A DNA stretch of 64,000 nucleotides from an uncultured Acidimicrobiales bacterium (GCA_963802505.1 CAWDJB010000002.1:235815-299814), one strand, 5' to 3'. Counted from the first letter of the stretch, positions 1-10,731 are shown. Notes: generated from the sequence alone by a model not told the origin. Program-made: numbers and translations.

Positions 1-1
1 G

Positions 2-946
2 GGGCTGAACCTCATTGCCCACTCCTGGGGTCGCACGAACCTGAGCGAAGGCGACGTCGTGGTGCTGACCCACATGGAGCACCACGCCAACATCGTGCCG
101 TGGCACATCCTCGCCGCCGAGCGCGGGATCGTGCTGCGCTGGGTGCCGCTGACCCCTGAAGGGCTGCTCGACCTCACAGATCTCGACCAGCTGCTCGACG
201 GTGCGAAGGCCTTCGGCTTCGCGGCGATGTCGAACGTGCTCGGCACCATCAACCCAGTCCGTCAGCTGAGCGACGCAGCTCACGCGCACGGCGCGGTGGC
301 GATCGTCGATGCGTGCCAGTACGTGCCGCACGTGCCGACCGACGTCGTCGCGATGGGCGCCGACTTCATCTCGTTCTCTGCCCACAAGATGTGCGGTCCG
401 ACCGGCATCGGCGTGCTGTGGGGGCGTGAGGAGCTTCTCGACGCGATGCCTCCGTTCCTCGGTGGCGGCGACATGATCCTCGACGTGCGTCTCGACGGGT
501 ACACCCCCAACGAGCTGCCGGTGAAGTTCGAAGCTGGCACGCCTCCGATCGCGGAGGCGATCGGTCTCGGTGCCGCTGTCGACTACCTCACCGAGCTGGG
601 CATGACCAACGTGCGTCACCACGAGATGGCGGTCACCGGGGTGGCGATCGACCGGCTCACCGAGCGATTCGGCGACGACATCACGATTCATGGGCCCCGA
701 AACATCGAGGTGCGGGGTGGCGCACTCTCGTTCGCATTCCGCGACTTGCATCCCCACGACATCTCGCAGGTGCTCGACCAGACGAACGTGTGCGTGCGCG
801 CCAGTCACCACTGTGCGAAGCCGCTGATGCGGGTGCTCGGCGTGAGCGCCACCGCGCGAGCCTCGTTCTATCTGTACAACGACGAAGCCGACGTCGACGC
901 CCTCGCCGACGGTCTCGACGCCGCCACCGACTTCTTCACCCCCTGA
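2..946 (+). CDS. sufS: Cysteine desulfurase SufS (5' end cut by window edge)
   Basis: The frame of ORF 59..946 stays open to the window start. The product carries SufS-type PLP desulfurase motifs (HHANIVPWH, FSAHKMCGPTGIG, active-site RASHHCAKPL). sufU follows 15 nt downstream. Confidence 0.9.
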   Translation, partial: GLNLIAHSWGRTNLSEGDVVVLTHMEHHANIVPWHILAAERGIVLRWVPLTPEGLLDLTDLDQLLDGAKAFGFAAMSNVLGTINPVRQLSDAAHAHGAVAIVDACQYVPHVPTDVVAMGADFISFSAHKMCGPTGIGVLWGREELLDAMPPFLGGGDMILDVRLDGYTPNELPVKFEAGTPPIAEAIGLGAAVDYLTELGMTNVRHHEMAVTGVAIDRLTERFGDDITIHGPRNIEVRGGALSFAFRDLHPHDISQVLDQTNVCVRASHHCAKPLMRVLGVSATARASFYLYNDEADVDALADGLDAATDFFTP

Positions 947-961
947 GCCTGAGGACGAACG

Positions 962-1429
962 ATGCCAGGACTCGAAGACCTCTACCGCGAGATCATCCTC
1001 GACCACTACCGCAACCCGCGGAACCGGGGCGAGCTGCCGACTCCGCCCGCGCACCGCTCCGAGGGTTTCAACCCGCTCTGCGGTGACGAGGTGGTCGTGT
1101 TCCTCGACGTCGAAGACGGCGTCGTGAAGGACCTCCGCATCGGCGGCCAGGGCTGCTCCATCAGCCAGTCATCCGCCTCGATGATGTCGACGGCGGTCAA
1201 GGGGAAGAGCGTCGCGGAGGCGCGTGACGTCATCCGGGCGTTCAAGGCGATGATGTCGATCCACGAGCATTCGCTCGACGGTGACGAGGGCGAGGACGAG
1301 AACGTCCTCGACGTGAAGCTCGGCGACCTCGAGGCGCTCCGAGGCGTCGTGAAGTTCCCCGTGCGCATCAAGTGCGCCACGCTTGCGTGGAACACCCTCA
1401 CGCAGGGCCTCGAGGAGCTCAGCGCTTAG
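962..1429 (+). CDS. sufU: Fe-S cluster assembly sulfur-acceptor/scaffold SufU (IscU-like)
   Basis: 155 aa with the typical N-terminus [15 protein letters not shown] and three conserved Cys contexts (NPLCGDE, GQGCSIS, IKCATL). It lies directly after sufS. Confidence 0.9.
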   Translation: MPGLEDLYREIILDHYRNPRNRGELPTPPAHRSEGFNPLCGDEVVVFLDVEDGVVKDLRIGGQGCSISQSSASMMSTAVKGKSVAEARDVIRAFKAMMSIHEHSLDGDEGEDENVLDVKLGDLEALRGVVKFPVRIKCATLAWNTLTQGLEELSA

Positions 1430-1671
1430 AGCAAGCCGTTGATCGCGTCCGCGAGCTTCGTGTCGCGATCGGTGACCGTGTCACCCGCGTCGTGAGTGGC
1501 GAGATCGATCGTCACCTTGTTCCAGACGTTCGACCACTCCGGATGGTGATCCTGCTTCTCCGCGAGCAGCGCGACGCGGTTCATGAATGCCCAGGCTTCG
1601 GAGAAGTTCTTGAACGTGAGCTCTCGATGGAGCTTGCCATCGACGATGTCCCAACCCGCTGGTGTCGCCAC
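1426..1671 (-). CDS. Pterin-4-alpha-carbinolamine dehydratase
   Basis: 81 aa with the PCD/DCoH-like signature ([36 protein letters not shown]). Confidence 0.85.
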   Translation of the reverse strand: MATPAGWDIVDGKLHRELTFKNFSEAWAFMNRVALLAEKQDHHPEWSNVWNKVTIDLATHDAGDTVTDRDTKLADAINGLL

Positions 1672-2654
1672 TCAGCCGAGCGTAGTCACGTGGCCCAGCT
1701 TGCGACCCGGCCTCGGCGCCTTGCCGTAGAGGTGCACGTGCACGCCCGGGCCAGCAGGAAGCGGATGAGGCAGCTCGCCGATGAGGTTCGTCATCGTGGC
1801 CGCGACGATCGGGGCGACGGGCCCGAGTGGCTGCCCGGTGATCGCGAGCAGATGCTGCGTGAACTGGCTGGTCGCCGCGCCTTCGATCGTCCAGTGCCCG
1901 GTGTTGTGCACCCACGGTGCCATCTCGTTGGCAACGAGCTCCCCGTCGATCTGGAAGAGCTCGAGCGCGAGCACCCCGACGTAGTCCAATGACTCCGCCA
2001 GCGCGCTGATGTACCCCTCGGCGCGCGCCTGCAGCTCAGGTGTCGTGGCGGGAGCGGGGGCAATGGTGCGCCGGAGGATCCCCTCGGCATGGACGTTCTC
2101 GACGACGGGATAGCAAGCGACGACGCCATCACGAGAGCGGGCAGCGACGATCGACATCTCACGATCGAACGAGACGAGATCCTCGACGATCGCATCGTCG
2201 CCGGTGATGGCCTCACCCGCGCGAACGACGAGCTGCCCGCGACCGTCGTAGCCGCCGCGGCGCGACTTCACGATCACGTCGCGCTCGGCCGTCGCAGGTG
2301 CCGACACGATGTCGACGTACGGCGCGGTCAGGATGCCGATCGACGTGAAGTGCTGCTTCTCGACGAGCCGGTCTTGGCTCACCGCGACCGCGAGCGGCGG
2401 AGGCGCGACATCGGTCGTCGCCCGCAGCTTCTCGAGGACCTCGACAGGCACGCTTTCGAGCTCGACCGTGACGACGTCACAGCGACTCAATACGTCCAAT
2501 GCGAGCGGGTCGTCGAAGGCGGTGGCGACCCGCTCACCGTGCACCAGTGGCGCCAGATCCGTCGACGGGTCGACGAGCACGATGTCGATGCCGAGTGGTG
2601 CCGCGGCCTCCGACAGCATCAGCCCGAGCTGGCCTCCCCCGAGGACGCCGACTC

Positions 2655-2658
<4 letters not shown>
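1672..2658 (-). CDS. purK: N5-carboxyaminoimidazole ribonucleotide synthase
   Basis: 328 aa. N-terminus [13 protein letters not shown] with an ATP-grasp body. It overlaps purE by 4 nt, as expected for a purEK operon. Confidence 0.9.
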
Positions 2659-3152
<494 letters not shown>

Positions 3153-3153
3153 C

Positions 3154-3881
3154 TCAGTCGAGATAGGGCGCGTAGCCCTCGGCTTCGAGCTCGGCCGCGA
3201 GCGAGGCATCGCCCGACCGCACGATGCGGCCCTTCACGAGGATGTGCACGCGATCGGCCGGGAGCTCGTGCAGCAATCGGATGTAGTGCGTGATCGCGAG
3301 CACGCCGAGGTTCTCGTCGCGTGTCGCCGCCTCGATCCGCCGTGCACACGCGCGCAACGCGTCGATGTCGAGGCCCGAGTCGAGCTCGTCGAGGATCGCG
3401 ATCGCGGGCTGCAGCACCGCGAGCTGCAGGGTTTCGTTCCGCTTCTTCTCGCCGCCCGAGAGGTCGACGTTCAGCGGCCGCTCGAGGAAGCGGGCGTCGA
3501 ACCCGATCCGCACGGCCTCGGCCGCGACGAGGTCGTGCAGCCCCTCGACGTCACGGCCCTGCGCGCGCAGTGCTTCGGTGAGCATCGCGTCGAGGCTCAC
3601 ACCCGGCACCTCGGTCGGGTACTGGAGCGCGAGGAAGAGCCCCGCCTCCGCTCGCTGCCACGGTTCGAGCGCCAGGACGTCGACGCCGTCGAGGGTCACC
3701 GACCCGGCGAGCACCTCGTAGCCCGGCCGTCCCATCAGCACGTGCGAGAGCGTCGACTTGCCCGAGCCGTTCGGCCCCATGACCGCGTGCACCTCGCCGC
3801 TCGCGACCGCGAGGTCGATGCCGCGCAGGATCTCGCGCCCCCGGCTGCGGCGCGGAGGCCCTCGATCTCGAGCACGGTCAT
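3154..3881 (-). CDS. sufC: Fe-S cluster assembly ATPase SufC, with an apparent 1-nt frameshift near the 5' end
   Basis: Walker [18 protein letters not shown] and Walker [11 protein letters not shown] are present. The expected N-terminus [15 protein letters not shown] is encoded from ATG 3881 (ATGA overlap with the Rieske gene stop). It is one base out of frame with the rest (REILRGIDL...). The junction is a C5 run at 3838..3842. The length 3154..3881 is 728 nt, one short of a multiple of 3. Confidence 0.85.
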
Positions 3882-4204
3882 GCGTCGTCCTCCGCGATGT
3901 CGACGTAGACCTGGTCATCGTCGATGAAGACCGGATAGGTCGGCACCGGAAGGGTCGCGGGAAGCGTCAGCGGCTCGCCCGTCGCCAGCGAGAACGAGCT
4001 GCCGTGCTTCCAACACTCGATCTCGCATTCCTCGACGAGCACCTCGCCCTCGGACAGCGACACGTTCGCGTGACTGCAGGTGTCGCCGATCGCGAAGATC
4101 TGCGCGTCGATGCGCACGACACAGATGGGTACGTCGCCCAGGACGAAGAGGCGCGCCTGCCCTGACGGCAGGTCGCGGATCGAGCAGAGATGCTCGCGGG
4201 TCAT
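3878..4204 (-). CDS. Rieske-type [2Fe-2S] ferredoxin embedded in the suf operon
   Basis: 108 aa from the internal ATG (MTREHLCSIRDLP). Rieske ligand boxes are present (CSHANVSLSEG and CWKHGSSF). It has ATGA overlaps with sufD upstream and sufC downstream. Confidence 0.85.
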   Translation of the reverse strand: MTREHLCSIRDLPSGQARLFVLGDVPICVVRIDAQIFAIGDTCSHANVSLSEGEVLVEECEIECWKHGSSFSLATGEPLTLPATLPVPTYPVFIDDDQVYVDIAEDDA

Positions 4205-5478
4205 ACGAGGTCCCTTCGGCTGAGCTTCGCGGCGATCTGGGCCCGCAAGGGCCCGACCAGCTCGGGCACCGGCAGCCGCTCGAGCACCTCGCTGAAGAAC
4301 CCGTTGACGATGAGCTCCTCCGCTCGATCGGGGGGCACGCCGCGGCTCTCGAGGTAGAAGCGCTGCTCGGAGTCGACCGGGCCGACCGCAGAAGCGTGGC
4401 TGCACCGGACATCGTTCGTGTCGATCTCGAGGTTCGGCACCGAGTCGGCCCACGCCCCTTCGCTCAGCTTGAGGTTGCGGTTGGTCTGGAACGCCGTGGT
4501 GCCCGGAGCCTCCTTGCGGACTCGGATGAGGCCGCTGTACACCGAGCGTGCCCGCCCCGCGACCGCCCCTTTGAACAGCAGGTCGGAGGTCGTCTTCGGA
4601 GCCGCGTGATCCTGCAGCGTGCGGAAGTCGTGCATCTGGTGTTGCTCGGCGAAGTACGCGGCGATCTGGTTGCCCGACGCGCCGCGGCCGTCGAGCCGCG
4701 CGTCGGTGCGCACGCGCGCGTAGTCGCCGCCGAGAGCGACGTTCGCCATGAGCGTCGACGAGGCCTGGCTGCCGCGAGCCACCTGCGACGCGATCTGCCA
4801 GGCGCGATGGCCGAGCTGGTTGACCGCCATGTACCGCAGCGAGCCACCCGCGCCGACGGCCAGCTCAGAGACCGGCAGCGTGAGCGTCGCGAAATCCGCG
4901 GAGCTGTGGTGGTCGAGGATCGTGATCGATGCGTCGGCGCCGACTCGCGCGACGACGCGCGGCAGGGTCACGATGCCTTCGGACGCCGTGAAGTGCGTGA
5001 CGACCACGGGAGCCGACACGCTCAGCCCGTCGGGGACGTCGATGACGATCGGTGCCGACGCGAACGCGGTGTTGAGCTCGGCGTACACGTCCGTCGCCTC
5101 GGTCATGGTCTCCCCGACAGAGGGGGTGTCACCGGGCGCACTGACGCGAAGCCCGCGGCGGGCGAGCGCATCGTCGACCTCGAGGAGCACGATCTGACCG
5201 TCGACGACCATCACGAACGCGGCCCGATCGGGGATCAGCGCCTTGGTCGCCGACACGGCCGCGGCGATGCCGGCGTCAGAAGCGCCGACCGGTCGGCCGG
5301 GCCCCGCCAGCTCGTACCGGTCGAGGTCGAGCTCGCCGATGCGGCTGTAGCGCCAGATCTCCTCGGCCTCGGTCGGCGTTGCTGCTGCGAGCGCCCGCTC
5401 GGCCGCCGCCACCCGCACCGCATGCAGCCACGGCGGACCCGGAAGCGCGGCTGCAGCGTCGGCAGTGAAGGGGCTCAC
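4201..5478 (-). CDS. sufD: Fe-S cluster assembly protein SufD
   Basis: 425 aa. C-terminal SufB/SufD beta-helix signature (FQTNRNLKLSEGAWADSVPNLEIDTNDVRCSHASAVGPVD..QRFYLESRG). It sits in the suf context. Confidence 0.9.
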   Translation of the reverse strand: MSPFTADAAAALPGPPWLHAVRVAAAERALAAATPTEAEEIWRYSRIGELDLDRYELAGPGRPVGASDAGIAAAVSATKALIPDRAAFVMVVDGQIVLLEVDDALARRGLRVSAPGDTPSVGETMTEATDVYAELNTAFASAPIVIDVPDGLSVSAPVVVTHFTASEGIVTLPRVVARVGADASITILDHHSSADFATLTLPVSELAVGAGGSLRYMAVNQLGHRAWQIASQVARGSQASSTLMANVALGGDYARVRTDARLDGRGASGNQIAAYFAEQHQMHDFRTLQDHAAPKTTSDLLFKGAVAGRARSVYSGLIRVRKEAPGTTAFQTNRNLKLSEGAWADSVPNLEIDTNDVRCSHASAVGPVDSEQRFYLESRGVPPDRAEELIVNGFFSEVLERLPVPELVGPLRAQIAAKLSRRDLV

Positions 5479-5487
5479 GGTCCGAGG

Positions 5488-5829
5488 CTATGGCTTGCGG
5501 CGCAGACGCCTCCAGAACGGACGCCGATCCTGTTCGGCTTGGACCTCGGCGAGGATCTCGGGTCCCGCCGCGTTGATGATCTCCTCGGCTTCGTCGAGAA
5601 GCGCGGCGGCACTGCCGTCGTCGAGACCCGGTGGCTCCTGGGGCGTCGGTGGCGCGACCAACGTGCCGTATTGCCACGCCATGTCGGCGAGCCGCCGCTC
5701 GTACTTGGGGCAGTCGTCCGGGCACCGCCACGGGGCATCAGGCGCGAGGTCGAGGTTGCACTTCCGCACGGTCTCACCATTGGGATACGTGCGGCTCTCG
5801 TAGTTCTTGCATTCGACCCTCATCGGCAC
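5488..5829 (-). CDS. Small Cys-rich hypothetical protein inside the suf cluster
   Basis: 113-aa ORF (GTG 5829 or ATG 5823) with high GC3. Four Cys lie in the first 40 residues (VECKNY..x16..KCNLD..x..WRCPDDCP), followed by an acidic/Pro-rich tail. It lies 10 nt upstream of sufD on the same strand. Confidence 0.6.
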   Translation of the reverse strand: MPMRVECKNYESRTYPNGETVRKCNLDLAPDAPWRCPDDCPKYERRLADMAWQYGTLVAPPTPQEPPGLDDGSAAALLDEAEEIINAAGPEILAEVQAEQDRRPFWRRLRRKP

Positions 5830-5893
5830 GCCGCGAGTTTGCCAAACAGATCTGGTCCCGAGTCATCGGGGCAGCGCTCGGTATCGTTTCGGG

Positions 5894-6217
5894 GTGCTCG
5901 AACGCCTGCTGTCCGGCGTGTCTCCCACAGCGCGACGGGGCATCACGTTCGCGCTCATCGGCGTGGCGTGGGCGGGGTTCCTCATCGCCGTGCTCAGCGG
6001 GCTCGTGGCGGGGATCCTCTTCATCGTCTTCGGGTTCGCGTTGTGCTGGTTCGCGGCCTCGATGGTCGGAGCGAAGTCGGGCACAGTGCACGAAGCGCCG
6101 GCTGCTGCGGGTGGCAGCGCTTCCGAGGATCCCGGTGACATCGAAGCGCGCATACGAAAGCGGCTCGAGTCGATGAAGTCCGAGGACGCCCCGAAGGACG
6201 ACGGGGCCCCGACCTAA
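5894..6217 (+). CDS. Small two-helix membrane protein, antisense-oriented within the suf cluster
   Basis: Starting at the GTG at 5894 in the 5807..6217 frame gives two strongly hydrophobic helices ([40 protein letters not shown]). GC3 is high, and no plausible minus-strand gene covers this gap. Confidence 0.55.
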   Translation: MLERLLSGVSPTARRGITFALIGVAWAGFLIAVLSGLVAGILFIVFGFALCWFAASMVGAKSGTVHEAPAAAGGSASEDPGDIEARIRKRLESMKSEDAPKDDGAPT

Positions 6218-7614
6218 CCGACGCTGCCGTCCATCTGCAGCTCGATGAGCCGGCTCCACTCCACCGCGTATTCCATCGGGAGCGTGCGAGTCACCGGCTC
6301 GATGAAGCCGTTCACGATCATGCCCATGGCCTGCTCCTGCGAGAGGCCTCGGCTCATCAAGTAGAAGAGCTGCTCGTCCGCGACCTTCGACACGGTGGCC
6401 TCGTGGCCGACCTCGGCGTCGCGCTCCCCCACCTCCATGTACGGCAGAGTGCGACTCACCGACTCCTCGTCGAGGATCAACGCGTCACACTGCACGTGGC
6501 TCTTGCAGCCGTACGCGCCCTCGTCGATGTGGACGAGCCCGCGGTAGGTGGTGATGCCGCCGTCTTTCGAGATCGACTTCGAGACGATCTTCGACGTCGT
6601 CTCGGGCGCGGCGTGGACCATCTTGGCGCCCGCGTCCTGGTGCTGACCCGGGCCTGCGTACGCGACGGACAGCACCTCGCCCGAAGCCTTCGGCCCAACC
6701 ATGTACACCGACGGGTACTTCATCGTGAGGCGGCTGCCGATGTTGCCGTCGATCCACTCCATGTGGCCCTCGGTCTCCACGCGGGCGCGCTTCGTGACGA
6801 GGTTGTAGACGTTCGGCGACCAGTTCTGGATCGTCGTGTAGGTCACGCGGGCGCTCGGGCCGACGATGATCTCGACGACGGCCGAGTGCAGCGAGTCGCT
6901 CGTGTACACGGGCGCCGAGCAGCCTTCGATGTAGTGCACCTTCGCACCCTCGTCGGCGATGATCAGCGTGCGCTCGAACTGTCCCGCGTTCTCGCTGTTG
7001 ATGCGGAAGTAGGCCTGCAGCGGCATCTCGCACTCGACGCCCGGCGGCACGTAGATGAACGAGCCACCCGACCACACCGCTGAGTTCAGAGCCGAGAACT
7101 TGTTGTCGCCCGGCGGGATGACCGTGCCGAAGTACCGCTTGACGAGGTCGGGGTACTCCCGCACCGCGGTGTCCATGTCGCAGAACAGGATCCCCTGCGC
7201 CGCGAGCTCGTCACGGTTGCGGTGGTAGACGACTTCGCTTTCGTACTGGGCCGTGACGCCGGCGAGGTACTTGCGCTCGGCTTCGGGGATGCCGAGCTTC
7301 TCGTAGGTCGCCTTCATCTGCTCGGGCAGCTCGTCCCACTCGTCGACCTGACCCTGCGTGGGCTTGATGTAGTAGTAGATGTCGTCGAAGTTCAGGTCGG
7401 GCATGTTCACGGCGAACCACGGCGCCATCGGCTTGCGCTCGAAGGTGCGCAGCGACTTGAGGCGGAGCTTCGCCATCCAGTCGGGCTCGCCCTTCCACCA
7501 CGACATGTCCTTGACCACGTCTTCGTTCAGGCCCTTCTCGGGCCTGAACACGTATTCCTCTTCGTCGGCCCAGCCGAGCTTGTACCTGCCAAGGTCGAGA
7601 TCTGTCACAGCCAT
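6214..7614 (-). CDS. sufB: Fe-S cluster assembly protein SufB
   Basis: Classic SufB sequence from the internal ATG 7614 ([15 protein letters not shown]...[33 protein letters not shown]...). The 105-aa upstream extension in the ORF track is low-complexity and overlaps the divergent protease gene. Confidence 0.95.
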   Translation of the reverse strand: MAVTDLDLGRYKLGWADEEEYVFRPEKGLNEDVVKDMSWWKGEPDWMAKLRLKSLRTFERKPMAPWFAVNMPDLNFDDIYYYIKPTQGQVDEWDELPEQMKATYEKLGIPEAERKYLAGVTAQYESEVVYHRNRDELAAQGILFCDMDTAVREYPDLVKRYFGTVIPPGDNKFSALNSAVWSGGSFIYVPPGVECEMPLQAYFRINSENAGQFERTLIIADEGAKVHYIEGCSAPVYTSDSLHSAVVEIIVGPSARVTYTTIQNWSPNVYNLVTKRARVETEGHMEWIDGNIGSRLTMKYPSVYMVGPKASGEVLSVAYAGPGQHQDAGAKMVHAAPETTSKIVSKSISKDGGITTYRGLVHIDEGAYGCKSHVQCDALILDEESVSRTLPYMEVGERDAEVGHEATVSKVADEQLFYLMSRGLSQEQAMGMIVNGFIEPVTRTLPMEYAVEWSRLIELQMDGSVG

Positions 7615-7650
7615 GCGGGAGCGCTCCGTCTCGATGGGGAGTGCGAGAGA

Positions 7651-7677
7651 AATTGCACTACCTAGATAGTAACAATT
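7651..7677. promoter_or_regulatory. AT-rich imperfect inverted repeat in the sufB / protease divergent intergenic region (candidate operator)
   Basis: AATTGcactacCTAGatagtaaCAATT has AATTG/CAATT arms around a central CTAG. It is the only AT-rich patch in the 112-nt intergenic region. No sufR-type regulator gene is present in the window. Confidence 0.2.
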
Positions 7678-7726
7678 ACTGAACCCGTCACCACCTGCCT
7701 GGCCCGCACTGGCAGCATGAGCCCTC

Positions 7727-9307
7727 ATGTCTCGCCGCCGAGCCATCTTCGCCGCCGTCGCGATCCTGACCCTGGCCGCCTCGGGGCTTGCGACGCCTCC
7801 GGCAGGCGCGGTCATGGGTGGCACTCCGACCGCCGCCGGAACTGCTCCGTCGGTCGTCGCGCTGGTCGACGCTCGGTTCGGCAACCAGTTCTGCGGCGGC
7901 ACCGTCGTCGCGCCCACCTGGGTGCTCACCGCGGCGCACTGCGCCGTGAACTACCGCACCCAGCCGTCGGTCCTCCACGTCGTGAGTGGCCGCGTCGACC
8001 TTCGCACGGCGACGGGCACCGAGGTCGCGGTCTCCGAGGTGATCATCCACCCCGCGTTCGATCGGGCGGCCCGGCGCAACGACTTCGCGCTCCTCCGCCT
8101 GCCGAGCCCGCTCAGCGCTCCGGTTGCGCCACTCATGTCCAGCGACGTCGAGCCCACCTACAACGGGTCGACGACCGGCATCGTGGTCGGATGGGGCTCG
8201 ATCACGCCCGACGGAAACACGGCGGTCGACCAGCAGCGCGCCGCGACGGTGCCCGTGCTCGCCGACACCACCTGCACTGGGTTCATCGGCACGTTCCTCG
8301 CTGACAACCAAGTCTGCGCTGGTGCCAACGGCGTGGGCGTGTGCACGGGTGACAGCGGCGGCCCGCTCTTCGTGACCGATACGAAGGGCACGACCCGAGT
8401 GGCCGGCGTCGTGAGCTACGGCAGTGATCCCTGCGACGTGACCCCTGCCGGCTTCGCGCAGGTGTCGGCCAACTTGCAGTTCCTGCAAGCAACGATCACC
8501 CCGGTGCCGGCACCGGCCCCCGCCCCCGCGCCGACACCGACGCCACCGCTGAGCGGGGCCCCGGGCTACTGGATGCTCGGCGCGGACGGCAAGGTGTACC
8601 CCTTCGGCTCCGCCGCAGCGTTCGGTGACCCGACTGGCCTCGACGGGTCGGCGGTGAGCATCGCGCCGACGCCCGACAGCAAGGGCTACTGGATCGTCAC
8701 GACGACCGGCCAGGTCTTCCCGTTCGGCACCGCGCCCGCGCTCGGCTCCGTCGCCGCCGGCACGCTGATCCCCGGCGAGCTCGTCACTGGGCTCGCGGCA
8801 ACGCCGACAGGCCAGGGCTACGTCGTGTTCACGACAAGGGGACGCGCCGTCGCGTTCGGTGACGCGCCCGCTGCCGGAGACATGACCGCGACTGCGCTCA
8901 ACGGACCGGTGCTCGGTGGCATCATCACGCCCACGGGCAAGGGCTATTACATGGTCGCGTCCGACGGCGGCATCTTCACCTTCGGCGACGCCGTGTTCCG
9001 CGGCTCGATGGGCGGAAAGCGACTCAACCAGCCGGTGCGAGGGCTCGTCCCCACCGCGTCGGGCAGCGGCTACTGGCTCGTCGCCTCCGATGGCGGGATC
9101 TTCACCTTCGGCGACGCCGCGTTCCTCGGCTCGATGGGCTCGACGCCCCTGAACCGTCCGGTCGTCGGAATGGTGCGCTACGGCAACGGCTACCTCATGG
9201 TGGCGTCAGACGGCGGCATCTTCACGTTCAGCAACCTCGCGTTCGTCGGCTCGCTCGGGGCCAATCCCCCGATCGTCCCGATCTCGAGCGTGGCCGTGGT
9301 CGCGTAG
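7727..9307 (+). CDS. Secreted trypsin-like (S1) serine protease fused to a six-repeat C-terminal domain
   Basis: Signal peptide ([22 protein letters not shown]). Catalytic triad contexts [13 protein letters not shown] and GDSGGPLF. Pro/Ala/Thr linker ([16 protein letters not shown]). Then six ~40-45 aa repeats of the form [17 protein letters not shown]. Confidence 0.85.
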   Translation: MSRRRAIFAAVAILTLAASGLATPPAGAVMGGTPTAAGTAPSVVALVDARFGNQFCGGTVVAPTWVLTAAHCAVNYRTQPSVLHVVSGRVDLRTATGTEVAVSEVIIHPAFDRAARRNDFALLRLPSPLSAPVAPLMSSDVEPTYNGSTTGIVVGWGSITPDGNTAVDQQRAATVPVLADTTCTGFIGTFLADNQVCAGANGVGVCTGDSGGPLFVTDTKGTTRVAGVVSYGSDPCDVTPAGFAQVSANLQFLQATITPVPAPAPAPAPTPTPPLSGAPGYWMLGADGKVYPFGSAAAFGDPTGLDGSAVSIAPTPDSKGYWIVTTTGQVFPFGTAPALGSVAAGTLIPGELVTGLAATPTGQGYVVFTTRGRAVAFGDAPAAGDMTATALNGPVLGGIITPTGKGYYMVASDGGIFTFGDAVFRGSMGGKRLNQPVRGLVPTASGSGYWLVASDGGIFTFGDAAFLGSMGSTPLNRPVVGMVRYGNGYLMVASDGGIFTFSNLAFVGSLGANPPIVPISSVAVVA

Positions 9308-9333
9308 CGCGACTGAACGTACGCTGCCCGCTC

Positions 9334-10731
9334 ATGACCGAGCTGTGGCAGCAGAGCGCATCCGAGCTGGCCGCGATGATCGCGGGCAAAGAGGTGTCGT
9401 CGACGGAGGTGATCGACGCGCACCTCGTCCGCATCGAGAGGGTCAACCCGCAGCTCAACGCGATCACGCGGGTGCTCGGCGACGAAGCCCGCGCCGCAGC
9501 CAAAGCCGCTGACGCCGCTCTGGCTTCCGGCGAGCCGTTGGGGCCGCTCCATGGCGTCCCGCTCACCGTGAAGCAGAACATCGACCTCGCCGGCTGTGCG
9601 AGTGACCACGGCGTGCCCGCGTTCGCCGAGGCGATCTCTCCCGTCGACGCACCGGTCGTCGAGCGCATGAAGGCCGCCGGCGCGATCCCGATCGGGCGGA
9701 CGAACTGTCCCGACATGGCGCTTCGCGTCCACACCGATTCGTCGCTGCACGGTCTGACCCGGAACCCGTGGGACGCGACCCGAACGGCCGGCGGCTCTTC
9801 GGGCGGCGAAGGCTCAGCCCTCGCGTCGGGGATGTCACCGCTCGGGCTCGGCAACGACATCGGAGGCTCGTTGCGCAACCCGGCGACGTGCTGTGGCATC
9901 GCGTCGCTCAAGCCGTCCGCGGGGATCGTGCCGTCGTACATGTACGGACCGATGGCGGACGGGCCTGCCTCGTTCCAGCTGATGCCCGTCGAGGGCCCGA
10001 TGGCTCGCCGGATCGCAGACGTGCGGCTCGCTCTGGGCTTGCTCGCCGGACGCGACCCGCGCGATCCGTACTCTGTGCCCGCACCGCTCGCCTCTCCCCG
10101 CGCCGCCGACCGCCCGTTGCGCGTCGCCGTGCTCGCGACGCCACCCGGTGGCTCGGTCGACGCTCGCATCGCCGATCGCGTGAAGGCGGCCGCCGACGCG
10201 CTCGCCGCGGCGGGATACGAAGTCACCGAGGACGGACCGCCGCGCTTCGAGGACGTCGTCAACACGTGGTTCGCGTTCATCGGCGAGGACATCCGCATGA
10301 TGGGCCCGATGATCTCGCCGATCATGGGAGAAGACGGGAACAAGTTCCTGGCCGCGCTCCTCGACTCGCTCGAGCCGCTCGACCTCGGCGCTTACACCCA
10401 GGTCCTCATGACCCGTCAGGCGCTCATGCGCGAATGGGCTACGTGGTTCGTCGACACCGACCTCGTGCTGACACCGACGTGGACGCAGCTGCCCTTCGAG
10501 CACGGGTGGGACCTCGACCACCCTGCGGAGACGATCGAGATGATGCGGTGCGTGACGCCCGCCAACTTGCTCGGGCTGCCCTCGGCGTGTGTTCCCGCAG
10601 GCCTCGTCGACGGACTGCCTGTCGGTGTCCTCCTCACCGGTGACCGGTTCGCGGACGACAAGACGCTCGACGCCGCAGAGATCGTCGAGGCGGCGCTCGG
10701 GCTCGCTACCCCGATTGACCCGCAGCCGTGA
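9334..10731 (+). CDS. Amidase (amidase-signature family)
   Basis: 465 aa with GGSSGGEGSALASG and the Lys/Ser-Ser catalytic context (PLHGVPLTVKQNIDL). Confidence 0.9.
   Translation: MTELWQQSASELAAMIAGKEVSSTEVIDAHLVRIERVNPQLNAITRVLGDEARAAAKAADAALASGEPLGPLHGVPLTVKQNIDLAGCASDHGVPAFAEAISPVDAPVVERMKAAGAIPIGRTNCPDMALRVHTDSSLHGLTRNPWDATRTAGGSSGGEGSALASGMSPLGLGNDIGGSLRNPATCCGIASLKPSAGIVPSYMYGPMADGPASFQLMPVEGPMARRIADVRLALGLLAGRDPRDPYSVPAPLASPRAADRPLRVAVLATPPGGSVDARIADRVKAAADALAAAGYEVTEDGPPRFEDVVNTWFAFIGEDIRMMGPMISPIMGEDGNKFLAALLDSLEPLDLGAYTQVLMTRQALMREWATWFVDTDLVLTPTWTQLPFEHGWDLDHPAETIEMMRCVTPANLLGLPSACVPAGLVDGLPVGVLLTGDRFADDKTLDAAEIVEAALGLATPIDPQP

Noticed and set aside
4396-6138. Very long ORFs antisense to, or out of frame with, recognised genes. 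Examples are 4396..6138 (+), 15162..17162 (+), 16753..18282 (+), 24065..25705 (-), 41095..42735 (-), 45539..47002 (-), 49291..51207 (+) and 36231..37907 (+).
   Set aside because: Their products are Arg/Ala/Gly/Pro-rich low-complexity strings with no motifs. They overlap genes that have unmistakable homology-type signatures. These are typical shadow ORFs of a high-GC genome where stop codons are rare.
7615-7929. N-terminal extensions offered by the ORF track for sufB, serA (to 30951), leuA (to 28210), ilvB (to 38288), cimA (to 17306), argS (to 58540), lysA (to 56804), CitE (to 54568) and the aminotransferase (to 32899).
   Set aside because: The extensions are non-homologous and overlap upstream or divergent genes or the leader elements. 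Internal ATG/GTG starts reproduce canonical N-termini and often create ATGA/GTGA coupling with the neighbouring gene.
8500-8560. The repetitive CCG/GCC/ACC DNA after the protease domain as a non-coding microsatellite.
   Set aside because: It is in frame and encodes the Pro-Ala-Thr interdomain linker ([16 protein letters not shown]) of the protease.
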